NCBI GenBank assembly: GCA_009930475.1
Contig: RZYC01000001.1
Span: forward strand, 17,062-81,061
DNA from: Spartobacteria bacterium
Lineage (GTDB): Bacteria > Verrucomicrobiota > Kiritimatiellia > RZYC01
Direction: 5' to 3'
DNA length: 64,000 bases
Shown piece by piece: positions 18,153 to 28,676 of this stretch (the stretch's first letter is position 1; the number at the start of each line of letters is the position of its first letter). Under the pieces are notes generated by a model. It ran no database searches, was not told the origin of the DNA, and saw only the letters and a list, made by a program, of their open reading frames with translations. The position numbers and the translations under genes were made by a program.

Positions 18153-20433
18153 ACTGAATCATGCCCAGCCAGGACTGTACAATGGGCGAGAATTTCACAA
18201 CGACCGGGGCAAAGACGACACTGACCATGGTCATCAGTTTGATCAGGATGTTCAGGGATGGTCCGCTGGTATCTTTGCAGGGATCCCCCACGGTATCACC
18301 TACGACACTGGCTTTATGGGTGTCAGAGCCTTTGCCTCCGTGATGCCCTTTTTCGACATATTTTTTCGCATTGTCCCAGGCTCCACCTGCATTGTTAAGC
18401 ATCGTGGCCAGCACAAAGCCGGAAACCAGTCCGCCTGCAAGCAGTCCCATCACTCCCGCAACACCTAGAATCAGACCGGTTGCCACAGGGACGATAATGG
18501 CAAGCAGTGACGGCAGAACCATTTCACGCTGCGCACCGGTGGTGGAGATCGCAACACAGCGGGCATAATCCGGCTTCTGTGTTCCCTTCATGATGCCGGG
18601 GAAGTCTTTGAACTGGCGACGAACTTCTTCAACCATTGCTCCGGCTGCACGTCCCACCGCCTTCATGGTCATCGCACAAAAGACAAAGGCCATCATGGCA
18701 CCGATAAACATGCCGCACAGTAGCAATGGATTCATAATATGTAATTTGTATACATCAATAAAATCAGTCAGTTCCATATGCAGCACCGGCTTGGTAATGC
18801 CGAGCATACTGGTGACATCCGGCATTTTGGCGACCCATATTTTTACTTCTTCGATGTAGGCGGCCAGCAGAGCCATGGCTGTGAGTGCTGCAGAACCGAT
18901 TGCAAAACCTTTTCCTGTGGCGGCGGTGGTGTTGCCAAGGGAATCCAGCGCGTCAGTGCGTTCACGCACTTCATGCGGCAGATGAGCCATTTCCGCGTTG
19001 CCGCCGGCATTGTCAGCAATAGGGCCATAGGCGTCGGTAGCCAGAGTCACGCCCAATGTGGCCAGCATACCCACAGCAGCAAAACCAATACCGTAAAGAC
19101 CCATGCCGATTTCATGGAAACCACCGGCGAAACCGAAGGCACAGAGAATACCGATGACAATGGTGATCACCGGAGCTCCTGCGGAATACATTCCCGTCGC
19201 CAACCCGTCGATGATGGTTGTAGCAGGACCCATACGGGCCTGATCAGCGATGCCTTTGGTGGGGGCATATTCATCCGATGTATAATATTCTGTTGCCTGA
19301 CCAATGACCACGCCAGCCATCAGACCGGCAATCACCGAACCGACAATGCCCCAGCTCGGAACCAGTCCTAAAAGTTTCAACACGATCAGGATCAGCACAA
19401 TGGCCACAGAACTGCCGAGCGTTCCGGTCAAAAGGGCGCGTAACAAGTTCTTCTGCGTGGCCCCTTCACGGCAGCGCACCACCATAATCCCGCCAATGGA
19501 AATGATCGTCCCGATACCCGCAACAATCATGGGAGAGGTAACCAGTCCAATGCCTAGCTTTGCATCGCCCGCCTGTGAGGCCACAGCCGCACCCAGTGCT
19601 GCCGTTGCCAGAATCGATCCGCAATAGGATTCATAAAGGTCAGCCCCCATACCTGCAACATCGCCGACGTTATCGCCGACGTTATCAGCAATCGTCGCCG
19701 GATTGCGCGGATCGTCTTCCGGAATGCCTGCTTCCACTTTCCCCACTAGGTCAGCCCCGACGTCCGCCGCTTTGGTATAAATACCACCACCGACACGGGC
19801 AAACAACGCCTGCGTAGAGGCACCCATCCCAAAAGTAATCATTGTCGTTGTAATCTGAACCAGTTTACCCGCCATTGTGCAGCCGGCCGGAACCAGCGTC
19901 AATCCGAACAGACTTAATCCCTGCGCCATGTTTGCGGAGGTATAGATAACTTTATCGAGGAACAGATACCAAATACAAATATCCAGCAGGCCAAAACCTA
20001 CCACGACCAGTCCCATCACAGCACCAGACCGAAAGGCGACCTGCAGACCTTCATTTAAACTGCTTCTGCAGCCGTTGGCTGTGCGAGAGGATGCCGCCGT
20101 CGCGGTTTTCATTCCTATATATCCGCATAGACCGGAAAAGAATCCGCCTGTGAGAAAGGCCACCGGGACAAAGGGGTTTTCAATATCAAACCAGGCAAGC
20201 GCACTCAGGATCACAAACAAAACGAAAAACACAAAGCCCACGACTTTGTACTGACTATATAAATAAGCCATTGCTCCCTCGCGGACATATCCGGCGATGG
20301 ATTTCATTTCCTCTGTTCCCTCGTCCGCCTCCAGCATTTTTTTATAGAAAACCCATGCAAAAATTAAGGCAAGCACAGACGAGACAGGTGCAATCCACCA
20401 GGCAGCGGGGATGACAGACATTGATTCATTCAT
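18151..20433 (-). CDS. hppA: Membrane-bound proton (or sodium)-translocating pyrophosphatase
   Basis: The 760-aa polytopic protein has the H+-PPase motifs [19 protein letters not shown] and DNVGDNVGD, and about 16 TM helices. Confidence 0.9.
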   Translation of the reverse strand: MNESMSVIPAAWWIAPVSSVLALIFAWVFYKKMLEADEGTEEMKSIAGYVREGAMAYLYSQYKVVGFVFFVLFVILSALAWFDIENPFVPVAFLTGGFFSGLCGYIGMKTATAASSRTANGCRSSLNEGLQVAFRSGAVMGLVVVGFGLLDICIWYLFLDKVIYTSANMAQGLSLFGLTLVPAGCTMAGKLVQITTTMITFGMGASTQALFARVGGGIYTKAADVGADLVGKVEAGIPEDDPRNPATIADNVGDNVGDVAGMGADLYESYCGSILATAALGAAVASQAGDAKLGIGLVTSPMIVAGIGTIISIGGIMVVRCREGATQKNLLRALLTGTLGSSVAIVLILIVLKLLGLVPSWGIVGSVIAGLMAGVVIGQATEYYTSDEYAPTKGIADQARMGPATTIIDGLATGMYSAGAPVITIVIGILCAFGFAGGFHEIGMGLYGIGFAAVGMLATLGVTLATDAYGPIADNAGGNAEMAHLPHEVRERTDALDSLGNTTAATGKGFAIGSAALTAMALLAAYIEEVKIWVAKMPDVTSMLGITKPVLHMELTDFIDVYKLHIMNPLLLCGMFIGAMMAFVFCAMTMKAVGRAAGAMVEEVRRQFKDFPGIMKGTQKPDYARCVAISTTGAQREMVLPSLLAIIVPVATGLILGVAGVMGLLAGGLVSGFVLATMLNNAGGAWDNAKKYVEKGHHGGKGSDTHKASVVGDTVGDPCKDTSGPSLNILIKLMTMVSVVFAPVVVKFSPIVQSWLGMIQ

Positions 20434-20558
20434 GATATCTTCCTAACATACAACAAGTTAACTATGATTATTAATATGACAACCTACTGCGATGATACTA
20501 ACGACACGGATGCATATATACAATGAATTATTTAATTCTGACTATATCATTATTGTAC

Positions 20559-20597
20559 ACAAAAAACCTGCAGAACATATTTCATGTTCTGCAGGTT
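20559..20597 (-). terminator. Rho-independent terminator downstream of the YHS-domain gene
   Basis: A perfect 14-bp stem AACCTGCAGAACAT/ATGTTCTGCAGGTT with a 5-nt loop is followed on the minus strand by a U-run (the A-run at 20561-20566 on the plus strand). Confidence 0.5.
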
Positions 20598-20628
20598 AAG
20601 TTAGAGGCATATGCCACGTTTCTATTTT

Positions 20629-20991
20629 CTATTCACATGATTTTTCCGCGCCACAGGAACGAGGTGCGCACTTTTCTTTGGGGCAGGCGGCCGCCGCACC
20701 GCAGGCTGCCGGGCGGCCGCAACGACAGGATGCTGCTTCCTGTTTTTCTGTCGACTGACCGCCGGCTCCCCATTGATCCAGGCATTTCTGAGGATTTTTT
20801 CTCACTTCATCTGCACAGCCCCGGCAGCAACCATAAACGCGCGGCCCTTCGGCATCGGCACCCAGGCTTCTGTTTATCGCTCCGCCCATGACCGGACAAG
20901 TGGTTTTTTCTGCCGCATAGGTGGCTGCAACCGTCATCATCATGACTCCAACGGCCAGAGCAGCCATCATTTTCATCATTCTATTTTTCAT
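20629..20991 (-). CDS. Secreted YHS/TRASH-type metal-binding domain protein, Cys-rich
   Basis: MKNRMMKMMAALAVGVMMMTVAATYA forms a signal peptide. A YHS-like motif CPVMGGAIN…YGCCRGCADEVRKNPQKC and a Cys-rich tail follow. An AAGGAG RBS sits upstream of the chosen ATG; the ORF track extends to 21144. Confidence 0.5.
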   Translation of the reverse strand: MKNRMMKMMAALAVGVMMMTVAATYAAEKTTCPVMGGAINRSLGADAEGPRVYGCCRGCADEVRKNPQKCLDQWGAGGQSTEKQEAASCRCGRPAACGAAAACPKEKCAPRSCGAEKSCE

Positions 20992-21386
20992 GATCGACTC
21001 CTTTTTTTCTTTTCTGTTCCTAAGTATACCCACCGCCCATCGCTTGTATAGAAAATAATTAGGCACACCTAATTTTGACACATCGCCCTGTTCTGGCGGG
21101 TGATGCACCATGCGGGTGGATTCATTAACCGGCCATGTGAACAATTGTTAACAACGATACATAAACAGTCGAAGGCCGCACCACTTATTACATTGTTTAT
21201 TAAGGACTTATTCATTGTTAACTATTTCGCCGATCCGTCTGTTAATAACTGCACACGCCTGTTAATAAAAAAGAGAGACCGCTATATCACCCCCACAAAA
21301 AAGCGGTTGCAGAACATTGTCATACTGTTCAAATCCTGTTAAGAATCGCGTGTCAAATGAAAACTATTTTAACGGAGGCATGACCA

Positions 21387-22202
21387 GTGACGGAAAATCC
21401 CATGGAACAGGTTCGTATTGTTTTAGTAGATCCGCTGTACAGTGGAAATGTCGGTGCGATCTGCCGGTGTATGGCCAACTGCGGGGTCCACGATCTGGTC
21501 ATTGCAGAAGGGTCGCGCGATATGGATACGGTGGACTGCCGAAAACGTGCCATGCATGCCGAAACCATCATGCAGAACCGCAGCGAGTGTTCCACGCTGG
21601 CGGAAGCGGTCGAAGACTGCATTGCGGTGATAGGGACAACGGCACGCAAAGGACTCTACCGCGCCCATTCAAAAACCATGCGCGAGTGGGCTCCTGATCT
21701 CGTTCAGCTTGCTGCAGCGGGCAGGGTTGCCCTTGTTTTCGGAACCGAGGACAAAGGCCTGAGTAATGATCACCTGCTGCTGTGTACTCATCTGGTACAG
21801 ATTCCTTCACATCCTGATTACAGCTCGCTCAATCTGTCGCACGCAGTGATGATCTGCCTCTATGAGATGTATGTGGCCAGCGGACATTTTGAACCGAGTG
21901 AAGAAATTTCCCCTCCTGCCCCGAGTGGCCAGCGAGAACGCCTCCTTATGGTATGGCGCGAAATGCTGCAGGATATCGGGTTCATGAATGAGGAGAAATC
22001 AGATCACATGATGCAGGGAGTCCGCCGCATCTTCACCCGCGACAACCTGACCCTTTCCGATGTCAAAATCATGATGGGTGTGGCAAGGCAGTCACAATGG
22101 AATGCGATGAAAGTAAAGGAACTCAAAACACAGCTTTCCGCATTGCAGGCGGAACTGGCAGCCGCGAAGAGCGCAACCCCGGATAAGGCCGCCGATGAAT
22201 AA
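21387..22202 (+). CDS. SpoU/TrmH-family RNA 2'-O-methyltransferase (TrmJ-like) with a C-terminal coiled-coil extension
   Basis: RIVLVDPLYSGNVGAICRCMANCGV is the TrmJ/SpoU N-terminal motif, and the SPOUT fold is present. A GTG start with an ACGGAGG RBS was chosen, with an alternative ATG at 21402. Confidence 0.65.
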   Translation: MTENPMEQVRIVLVDPLYSGNVGAICRCMANCGVHDLVIAEGSRDMDTVDCRKRAMHAETIMQNRSECSTLAEAVEDCIAVIGTTARKGLYRAHSKTMREWAPDLVQLAAAGRVALVFGTEDKGLSNDHLLLCTHLVQIPSHPDYSSLNLSHAVMICLYEMYVASGHFEPSEEISPPAPSGQRERLLMVWREMLQDIGFMNEEKSDHMMQGVRRIFTRDNLTLSDVKIMMGVARQSQWNAMKVKELKTQLSALQAELAAAKSATPDKAADE

Positions 22203-23229
22203 GCAGCCATGGTATTATTTCACAGGCATAGCACTGGTACTCCTGGCCTCTACGTTTTCCTGCCTGGCGATGGAACCGCAGGTAGAAAATATCGACGCAT
22301 TTATCACCGTGCTGCAGTCCCGGTTCACCCCGGAGAAACCGACGGTCTGCATGAACTACGATGTAACTTATCGCTTTCTGGGCATACGACTCGCACGCAT
22401 AGCCCGTGCGCAGCTGGAAGCCACTGAAGGGGCCTGGCAAACGCCCGATAACCGGGAAATCCCTGCGTGTATGATGATTATGACATTAAAATCATGCGAC
22501 CTGGGCACGCGTCAACGGGAGAAAAGTCGCGTGTGGCTTAATGACAGGATCGTCTCTGTTGTTACCATGCCCTCGCTCGATACGCTTTATTATATCAAGG
22601 ATACCGATGAGTATATCCGGCCCATACTGGGTCAAAAACGCGATGTTCATTTCTACTCCGTTTATAATCTGGAAGGAAATGAACTGGATTACTACGAGAA
22701 AAACTACGTTAAAAATACGGTCAAGACTCAGATCGAAGGAGCCAGTGCATTGGCGGGGCAGGGTAGAGAAGTGGCTGAAGTGCTCCGCATGCTCTCCGAG
22801 GTGTATCATGGCCTGCGTCCCATGGTTACAAAAGACTCCGATTACCGATTATTGATCAACTGTGATGGCAAAACGATCCCCTTTGCCGCTGAAACACAAA
22901 AAGACGAACTGCGGGTGCTGGGCGAAACATGCTCGACTGTTTATGTAGATGTCGAACTTGCTGAAGAAGCTCCGAAAATAAAGAATGCACGCGATTTTGA
23001 AATGTGGGCGACTTCCTTTAAAGATGCATCCATTTTATCTCAGGATCCCGTTCTCATTGATCTGTCGAACAACACGCTAGAGTGGGCCATGACCCCGCTG
23101 GTGGCCAATTACGGCATGGGAATAGGCTATATTCATACGGAAATATCCGAACTGAAAGCCATATTGCATACCCGTTCTGAAGACGTTGCATTCATAACAA
23201 AAACAAGGAGTTCGTACGATGCTGAATAA
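22195..23229 (+). CDS. Hypothetical secreted protein
   Basis: A signal peptide (MNKQPWYYFTGIALVLLASTFSCLA) is present. No family was recognised. The stop overlaps the start of the downstream flavin-reductase-like gene. Confidence 0.45.
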   Translation: MNKQPWYYFTGIALVLLASTFSCLAMEPQVENIDAFITVLQSRFTPEKPTVCMNYDVTYRFLGIRLARIARAQLEATEGAWQTPDNREIPACMMIMTLKSCDLGTRQREKSRVWLNDRIVSVVTMPSLDTLYYIKDTDEYIRPILGQKRDVHFYSVYNLEGNELDYYEKNYVKNTVKTQIEGASALAGQGREVAEVLRMLSEVYHGLRPMVTKDSDYRLLINCDGKTIPFAAETQKDELRVLGETCSTVYVDVELAEEAPKIKNARDFEMWATSFKDASILSQDPVLIDLSNNTLEWAMTPLVANYGMGIGYIHTEISELKAILHTRSEDVAFITKTRSSYDAE

Positions 23230-23791
23230 ACTGCCCGACAATAATATGTTTCTACCCATGACCAACTGCATTATCGGCACCATGGCTGATCAGATGCCCA
23301 ATTTTGCCGCCATTGCCTGGGTGACTCGAGCCAACATGCTTCCTCCCATGCTGGCAGTTTGCATTGGTAAAAAACAGCAGTCAGGGGAAGTTATTGCAGA
23401 TACTGGAACGTTTTCACTCAGTATTCCAGGAACGAAGCTCCTTAAAAAGTACGATTACATTGGAACGACATCCGGTCGCACAATAGATAAATCGAACGTA
23501 TTTCCGCATTTTTTCAGTGAAAAAACCGGGATGCCGATCATATCCGATGCCGCCATGGCTTGTGAATGCGTTGTCAACAAACAGGTTGAGCTGCCATCGC
23601 ATAACGTGTTTATTGGAGAAATACTGTCGACATGGTGCCAGGCAGACTGCATCACCGACGGTGCGCCGGATATCCAGAAAATGAATCCCTTCTTTTTGTC
23701 CATGCCCGATGATCGCTATTGGAGTCTGGGCGAAAATATCGGAAGGGCATGGGATTACAGCCGAACAGAAGCACCTTTCTCCAGTGAATAG
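23219..23791 (+). CDS. Flavin reductase-like (FMN-binding split-barrel) protein
   Basis: An AAGGAG RBS sits 8 nt upstream. …MPNFAAIAWVTRANMLPPMLAVCIGKKQQSGEVIADTGTFSLSI… resembles the flavin-reductase-like domain. Confidence 0.45.
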   Translation: MLNKLPDNNMFLPMTNCIIGTMADQMPNFAAIAWVTRANMLPPMLAVCIGKKQQSGEVIADTGTFSLSIPGTKLLKKYDYIGTTSGRTIDKSNVFPHFFSEKTGMPIISDAAMACECVVNKQVELPSHNVFIGEILSTWCQADCITDGAPDIQKMNPFFLSMPDDRYWSLGENIGRAWDYSRTEAPFSSE

Positions 23792-23801
23792 CATCCGCAC
23801 A

Positions 23802-24965
23802 TTACATCATACTCAGCAATGACGAGTTCATCGTCGTCATGGTGGCTCTCATCGCTGCTTCGTAGGCCGTCTGCTTCTCGCTGAGTTCCATGGCGGCCTT
23901 TGCTATATCGATGGATTCTTCGTCTTCCAGACGAATATTCAGCTGATTACTTTTGGTGAGCAGCACCGATTTATTAGCACTGACACGTTCTTCATAGGCA
24001 CCCAGACGCGTAAGCACATCAATCACCTGATCGGTATCCTTCTCGATGCAGGCCTGATGCTCCTGCGTGACTTTCAAATCACCCGTTCCTGCATCGGTAA
24101 AACTCAAAGCTATTCCGGCTCTGGCATTTTCGAGTGAATCGGCGAGTTTAATCTCTGTGTCAGATATTCGAATGGCATAGTATGTGGTATCGGCATCCAG
24201 TCCCGACGGCAACGTTCCGTCTGTAGAAAGACTTACTGCACCGCCCGTAGCGTAGATATCAGAAACCGTGAGCGTGCCGGTCGCTTCATCTGCCGTCGCC
24301 GCGTCCTCCTGTGCTAAATTCGTTCCTGCGAGTAATCGGTCACGAATCAGAATCAAATCGGCAAATACATCATTATCATTTGTTTGAAAAACGCCGTTAT
24401 CGCCCGTCATGTCACTGCCGACCAGTGTTCCCGGTACGTAGTCGTTTTCGCCTATTTCCACCATGCGGGTCTGATCGCTGCCCTGATAATTCACTTCACT
24501 GATACGCCCTTCATCATCACGAACGATTTCATAGGCCGGCGTATCCTGTCGCAATCCGGAATAAATATAACTTTCTCCGGGATGTGTATTGGCATTACCG
24601 ACGAGACTTTCAAGGTATTGATCGACCTCTTCGCCGAGTGCAATCAGGTCGTTGGGATTTTTCGAGCTGTCGCCCCCCTGAATCGTTATTTCAGAAACAC
24701 GCTTGAGTTTATCATGCACGTTCTGAAGATTCGCATCCATGGTGAGCAGATCGCCATCAAGCTGCGTTGTATTTTTATTGAATTGTGTGATCCGGCTCTG
24801 CTGCGTATACATACTCGAAATTCGGCTGTACGCTGCCGGATCATCCGAGGCATACTGAACTTTTTTACCGCTGGAAGTCTGCTCCTGCAAGCGATACAGT
24901 TCGTCCCTGTTTTTAAGCAGATACGACGTCATCGTCGATGTGTTCATTGAGTCCGTTATTCGCAT
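23802..24965 (-). CDS. flgL: Flagellar hook-associated protein 3 (FlgL)
   Basis: The N-terminus MRITDSM…SGKKVQYASDDPAAYSRISSM corresponds to the FlgL segment MRxSTxM…GKRVxxPSDDP. YIYSG corresponds to YIFAG, and the C-terminus is flagellin-like and helical. Confidence 0.55.
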   Translation of the reverse strand: MRITDSMNTSTMTSYLLKNRDELYRLQEQTSSGKKVQYASDDPAAYSRISSMYTQQSRITQFNKNTTQLDGDLLTMDANLQNVHDKLKRVSEITIQGGDSSKNPNDLIALGEEVDQYLESLVGNANTHPGESYIYSGLRQDTPAYEIVRDDEGRISEVNYQGSDQTRMVEIGENDYVPGTLVGSDMTGDNGVFQTNDNDVFADLILIRDRLLAGTNLAQEDAATADEATGTLTVSDIYATGGAVSLSTDGTLPSGLDADTTYYAIRISDTEIKLADSLENARAGIALSFTDAGTGDLKVTQEHQACIEKDTDQVIDVLTRLGAYEERVSANKSVLLTKSNQLNIRLEDEESIDIAKAAMELSEKQTAYEAAMRATMTTMNSSLLSMM

Positions 24966-24999
24966 AGCACGACCTCTCTTTATCTAAACGTATTGAGAC

Positions 25000-25152
25000 T
25001 TATTCGCCTTGATCCTGCGGTTTGGCGACAGGATTATGCCGCACGGGCACCGGACACGCCTGGGCCACCTGTTGCAGCGAAAACAGAAGATTTGTGTTTC
25101 TAAGCAAATATGACGAAATCATCTGCGCGATCTGTTGATCAGTGATTTTCAT
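25000..25152 (-). CDS. Small hypothetical protein (50 aa) upstream of flgL
   Basis: MKITDQQIAQMISSYLLRNTNLLFSLQQ… starts at an ATG with an AGGGAGAA RBS. No family was recognised. Confidence 0.25.
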   Translation of the reverse strand: MKITDQQIAQMISSYLLRNTNLLFSLQQVAQACPVPVRHNPVAKPQDQGE

Positions 25153-25466
25153 TAGTTGTTCTCCCTGAGCTATCATTTTTACCTCACCTTGTCCGGGTCG
25201 CATGGAGCATGCCAACATCTATTAACGTAGCATGCCCCCATATTTACTGGGGATAACGAACACGATTCCGGCTTAGACAGCGTTGCAGGGAACGACACTG
25301 ATGTCAAAAGCGACACCATAGCAGCGGTCTTTATATCACGGTCTTCATTCATCTGCGTATCCTTGTGGTTGACTCTTCCAAAGCAGGGTCAATGCCGCAC
25401 AAGATACACATGCATAAATTGCAGGGTCACAGGAAAACAAAACCTGCGGGCTGGAGATGAATCAAC

Positions 25467-26378
25467 TCACTGGGCACCGGCCAGTTGATCCGATATCGAC
25501 GACAAGCTTCCCTTCAATCGCCGAAAATTATCCAAATACAGCTGCGCCTTTTCTTCCTTCATAACGCGGGCTGTATTCTGCTTTGCAAACAGACGGAGCA
25601 GCCGACTCTGAAACAGGATGCGACGCGCTTTGCGCATCTCGACACGACAAATGCGATCAATCGATGCCCCACTATAGTGCTTCAGATAGAAAATATTGGA
25701 TGAAACCAGCTTCTTCCGTTCCAGCTCAAGACGGGCTGTTGCGCGCTCACTCTGCCCCTGATAATGCGTGACCACCACATCGGGAATCAACGCAATGCCA
25801 TACCCTTTTTTGCGCACACTCAGACAAAGATCTTCGTCCTCCCCATACATAAAAAAACGCGCATCAAATCCACCGATGTCCTTAATTAAATCACTGCGAC
25901 CAATCATACTCGCCCCCAAAACCCAGGCAATCTCTCCGGGCAAGCCCGAGAGCTCACCCTTCAACAGGTATTTCTGCCCATCATGACGATGTTTCGCCGC
26001 AGGCTGTGGACTGTTATCTGGGAAAACAAGTCCGGTACTGGCCATTCCGACGTCAGGATGCGCTTGCATGTATGATGTAATACCTGCAAGAGCATCAGGG
26101 GGAAGCACCGTATCCGGATTGAGAAAATAAACCAATGGAGCAGTCACTCGTTCCAACGCCCGATTATTTGCCCGGCCAAACCCCAGGTTTTCGCCAGTGC
26201 AATCCAGCTCCACGGATCTGAACTCTTCAGCAACCATCGCAGCACTGCCATCTTCCGACTGATTATCTACCACAAATATGCGATACGAACATCCCCTCTG
26301 CGACATAATGGACTGCAAACAGCTGCGCAGAAGAGCGCACACATTATAACTGACAATGATGATATCTATATCGGGCAT
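25467..26378 (-). CDS. Family 2 glycosyltransferase
   Basis: MPDIDIIIVSYNVCALLRSCLQSI…FVVDNQSEDGS…NLGFGRANN is a GT2 GT-A fold with a DxD-type motif. The start was set at an ATG with a GGAGG RBS. Confidence 0.75.
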   Translation of the reverse strand: MPDIDIIIVSYNVCALLRSCLQSIMSQRGCSYRIFVVDNQSEDGSAAMVAEEFRSVELDCTGENLGFGRANNRALERVTAPLVYFLNPDTVLPPDALAGITSYMQAHPDVGMASTGLVFPDNSPQPAAKHRHDGQKYLLKGELSGLPGEIAWVLGASMIGRSDLIKDIGGFDARFFMYGEDEDLCLSVRKKGYGIALIPDVVVTHYQGQSERATARLELERKKLVSSNIFYLKHYSGASIDRICRVEMRKARRILFQSRLLRLFAKQNTARVMKEEKAQLYLDNFRRLKGSLSSISDQLAGAQ

Positions 26379-26488
26379 AGCGAGCTCCTCACGGGTTACA
26401 CCTTTCTGATTACTGCCATAACGAACAAAAGCTAACAAAATAATTCAAACAATAACAAGTCATGGTGCGAAATAATACAAAAACAGCA

Positions 26489-26516
26489 TTGACTCTACGA
26501 TCTCGGTCTATATATT
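26489..26516 (+). promoter_or_regulatory. Candidate sigma-70 promoter for tRNA-Ala
   Basis: TTGACT, then a 16-nt spacer, then TATATT, lying 24 nt upstream of the mature tRNA 5' end. Confidence 0.35.
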
Positions 26517-26540
26517 TACGCCATATTTCACACAACGAGT

Positions 26541-26616
<76 letters not shown>

Positions 26617-26907
26617 CTCGTTTAACTTACACATTGCCAGCCACTTAGCAAAACAAAGACAGTCCCGAAAAACGCCACTTCTAACGGTAACTCATAACGC
26701 GTGTCATTTTGTGCTATGCTGTTTTTCCTGTAATTTTGCCCCTGATTTAATGCTTTTTTCACCTATGCAGAAATTTAATTTAAATTATTTTCAATTTCTT
26801 TTGATGTCATTAATAGCCTGGATATATTTAGACTTATTTTTCCTTTTTGCATTTGCTGGAGGACTGATATACACTCTCACCCAGTCATCGAATATGGAGA
26901 AAATCAC

Positions 26908-27864
26908 ATGTGCACAACTATACGACTTGGTATCAGTTCATGCCTGATGGGCGAAAAAGTTCGTTACGACGGACAACACAAACTGGATCATTACCTGCGG
27001 GATGAGCTGGGATCATTTGTTGAATATATTCCGGTTTGCCCTGAGGCCGAATCGGGGTTCAGTATTCCACGGGAGGCCATGCGTTTGGTGGGCGATATCA
27101 GCAATCCCAGACTTTTCACTGTGAATTCCAAAGTTGATGTGACGCAAAAGATGACGCAATGGATTGCGATGCGTATCAAGCAACTGGAGGGAGCGCGACT
27201 GGATGGCTATATTTTCAAGTCGAAGTCTCCCAGCAGCGGAATGGAACGGATCAAAGTCTACCCCAGCCCCGAAGGCGGAATGCCGACCAAAAAAGGAGTA
27301 GGCCTCTTTGCCCGTGCTTTTATGGATCACTTTCCTACTCTTCCGGTAGAAGACGAAGGACGCATGCATGATCCTGTACTTCGCGAAAATTTTATCGAGC
27401 GTGTTTTTGTACATGCGCGATGGCAGACGTTTTTGGGTGGTAAGCCAGACAAGGCCGGATTGATTGCTTTTCATCGCCGTCACAAATTGTTGCTTATGGC
27501 CCACGATGTGGCGTCCTATCGATCCATCGGAAAAATGGTGGCCCAACTGTCAAAAGCTGACGTCGATACCTTTTTAGTTGAGTATATTGCCTTGCTTATG
27601 AAGGGCTTGTCACACAAGGCAACGTTGGCGAAAAACACCAATGTTCTTCAGCATATTATGGGATATTTCAAAAAGCAGTTAAGCCATGACGAAAAACAGG
27701 AAGCGGTGGAATTGATTCAGCAGTACCATGATGGACTTATACCCCTAATTGTCCCCGTTACGTTGCTGAATCATTATGTGAGAAAATACCAGACAGAATA
27801 CCTCCTGGATCAGTACTACTTACATCCCCATCCAGCAGAACTGAAACTGCGAAATCATGCGTAG
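26908..27864 (+). CDS. DUF523 (TudS-like, Cys-rich) / DUF1722 fusion protein (YbgA-like)
   Basis: The N-terminus MCTTIRLGISSCLMGEKVRYDGQHK is typical of DUF523. The product is 318 aa with a helical C-terminal half. A GGAGA RBS precedes the start. Confidence 0.6.
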   Translation: MCTTIRLGISSCLMGEKVRYDGQHKLDHYLRDELGSFVEYIPVCPEAESGFSIPREAMRLVGDISNPRLFTVNSKVDVTQKMTQWIAMRIKQLEGARLDGYIFKSKSPSSGMERIKVYPSPEGGMPTKKGVGLFARAFMDHFPTLPVEDEGRMHDPVLRENFIERVFVHARWQTFLGGKPDKAGLIAFHRRHKLLLMAHDVASYRSIGKMVAQLSKADVDTFLVEYIALLMKGLSHKATLAKNTNVLQHIMGYFKKQLSHDEKQEAVELIQQYHDGLIPLIVPVTLLNHYVRKYQTEYLLDQYYLHPHPAELKLRNHA

Positions 27865-27967
27865 GATAGGGAGCGGAATGGGCGAATACCCAAACAAATG
27901 ACCCACTGGATTATTGCTGTCGATTGCGCCACCTATTTCTGCGACGAAACCTCATAGATTCCCGCCC

Positions 27968-28636
27968 TCACCCATTCCTGCGACGTAAAGGCAATCCAAA
28001 AGCCAGCCCCATCCATAATCCAATGGCACTGCCCACCAACACATCCGTGGCGTAATGCCCCTCCACATAAATCCGCGATAAGGCCACGCCACATTCAAAA
28101 ACCATCACCGGAACTGCAATCGCGGGATAAGCACAAGCCAAAACCCCTGCCGTAGCCATCGCAGTACATGAATGCGCCGAAGGAAAACTTTTATAATCAT
28201 TATCTCCCCAGTGCGATGGACCGCGAAACGTCGGCGGCATCACCTCTGAATTAGGTCGCGGACGCCCCGCCACATTCTTAATTATATTCACTGGCAAACC
28301 CGCAAACAAACACGCAAGCAAACAAGAAAGAACCACGCGCTTCCAGCGATTATCCCGCAGCCAAAGTCCCCCGGCCGCAATGATCCCGCAAAACAACAAT
28401 GTCGCTCGTTCAAACGCACCATAATGGCTCAATTCCCCCGCATAAAACCACCAAAAAGGAATCCTGCCGCGCGTCGACACCGCCGCCGTAATCGCCGTAT
28501 CATAAGGCCACAGCCAAAACGCCAGCACTCCGGTCACCAAGGGGAGCAAAACAAACAGTACCCAATATTTGCGCAGTACTCCCTTTACTTCCTGCATAAG
28601 ACCCGCAAGCAAAGTCAACATAGTCAACCAATCCAT
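27968..28636 (-). CDS. PAP2-family phosphatase (phosphatidic acid phosphatase type 2 / undecaprenyl-diphosphatase-like)
   Basis: It has the three PAP2 motifs: KNVAGRPRP (KxxxxxxRP), FPSAHS (PSGH) and SRIYVEGHYATD (SRxxxxxHxxxD), and is polytopic. The start was chosen at ATG (MDWLTM…); the ORF track extends to a TTG at 28705. Confidence 0.8.
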   Translation of the reverse strand: MDWLTMLTLLAGLMQEVKGVLRKYWVLFVLLPLVTGVLAFWLWPYDTAITAAVSTRGRIPFWWFYAGELSHYGAFERATLLFCGIIAAGGLWLRDNRWKRVVLSCLLACLFAGLPVNIIKNVAGRPRPNSEVMPPTFRGPSHWGDNDYKSFPSAHSCTAMATAGVLACAYPAIAVPVMVFECGVALSRIYVEGHYATDVLVGSAIGLWMGLAFGLPLRRRNG

Positions 28637-28676
28637 GTAAAAAAGAGTACTCAACTGAATTTTGTATAACCTCCGA

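Noticed and set aside
18778-19371. 197-aa ORF antisense within hppA (and several other ORFs of at least 60 aa inside hppA, dnaX, the MCP and the ABC genes)
   Set aside because: They are fully contained in strongly supported genes on the opposite strand or in other frames, and show no independent signals.
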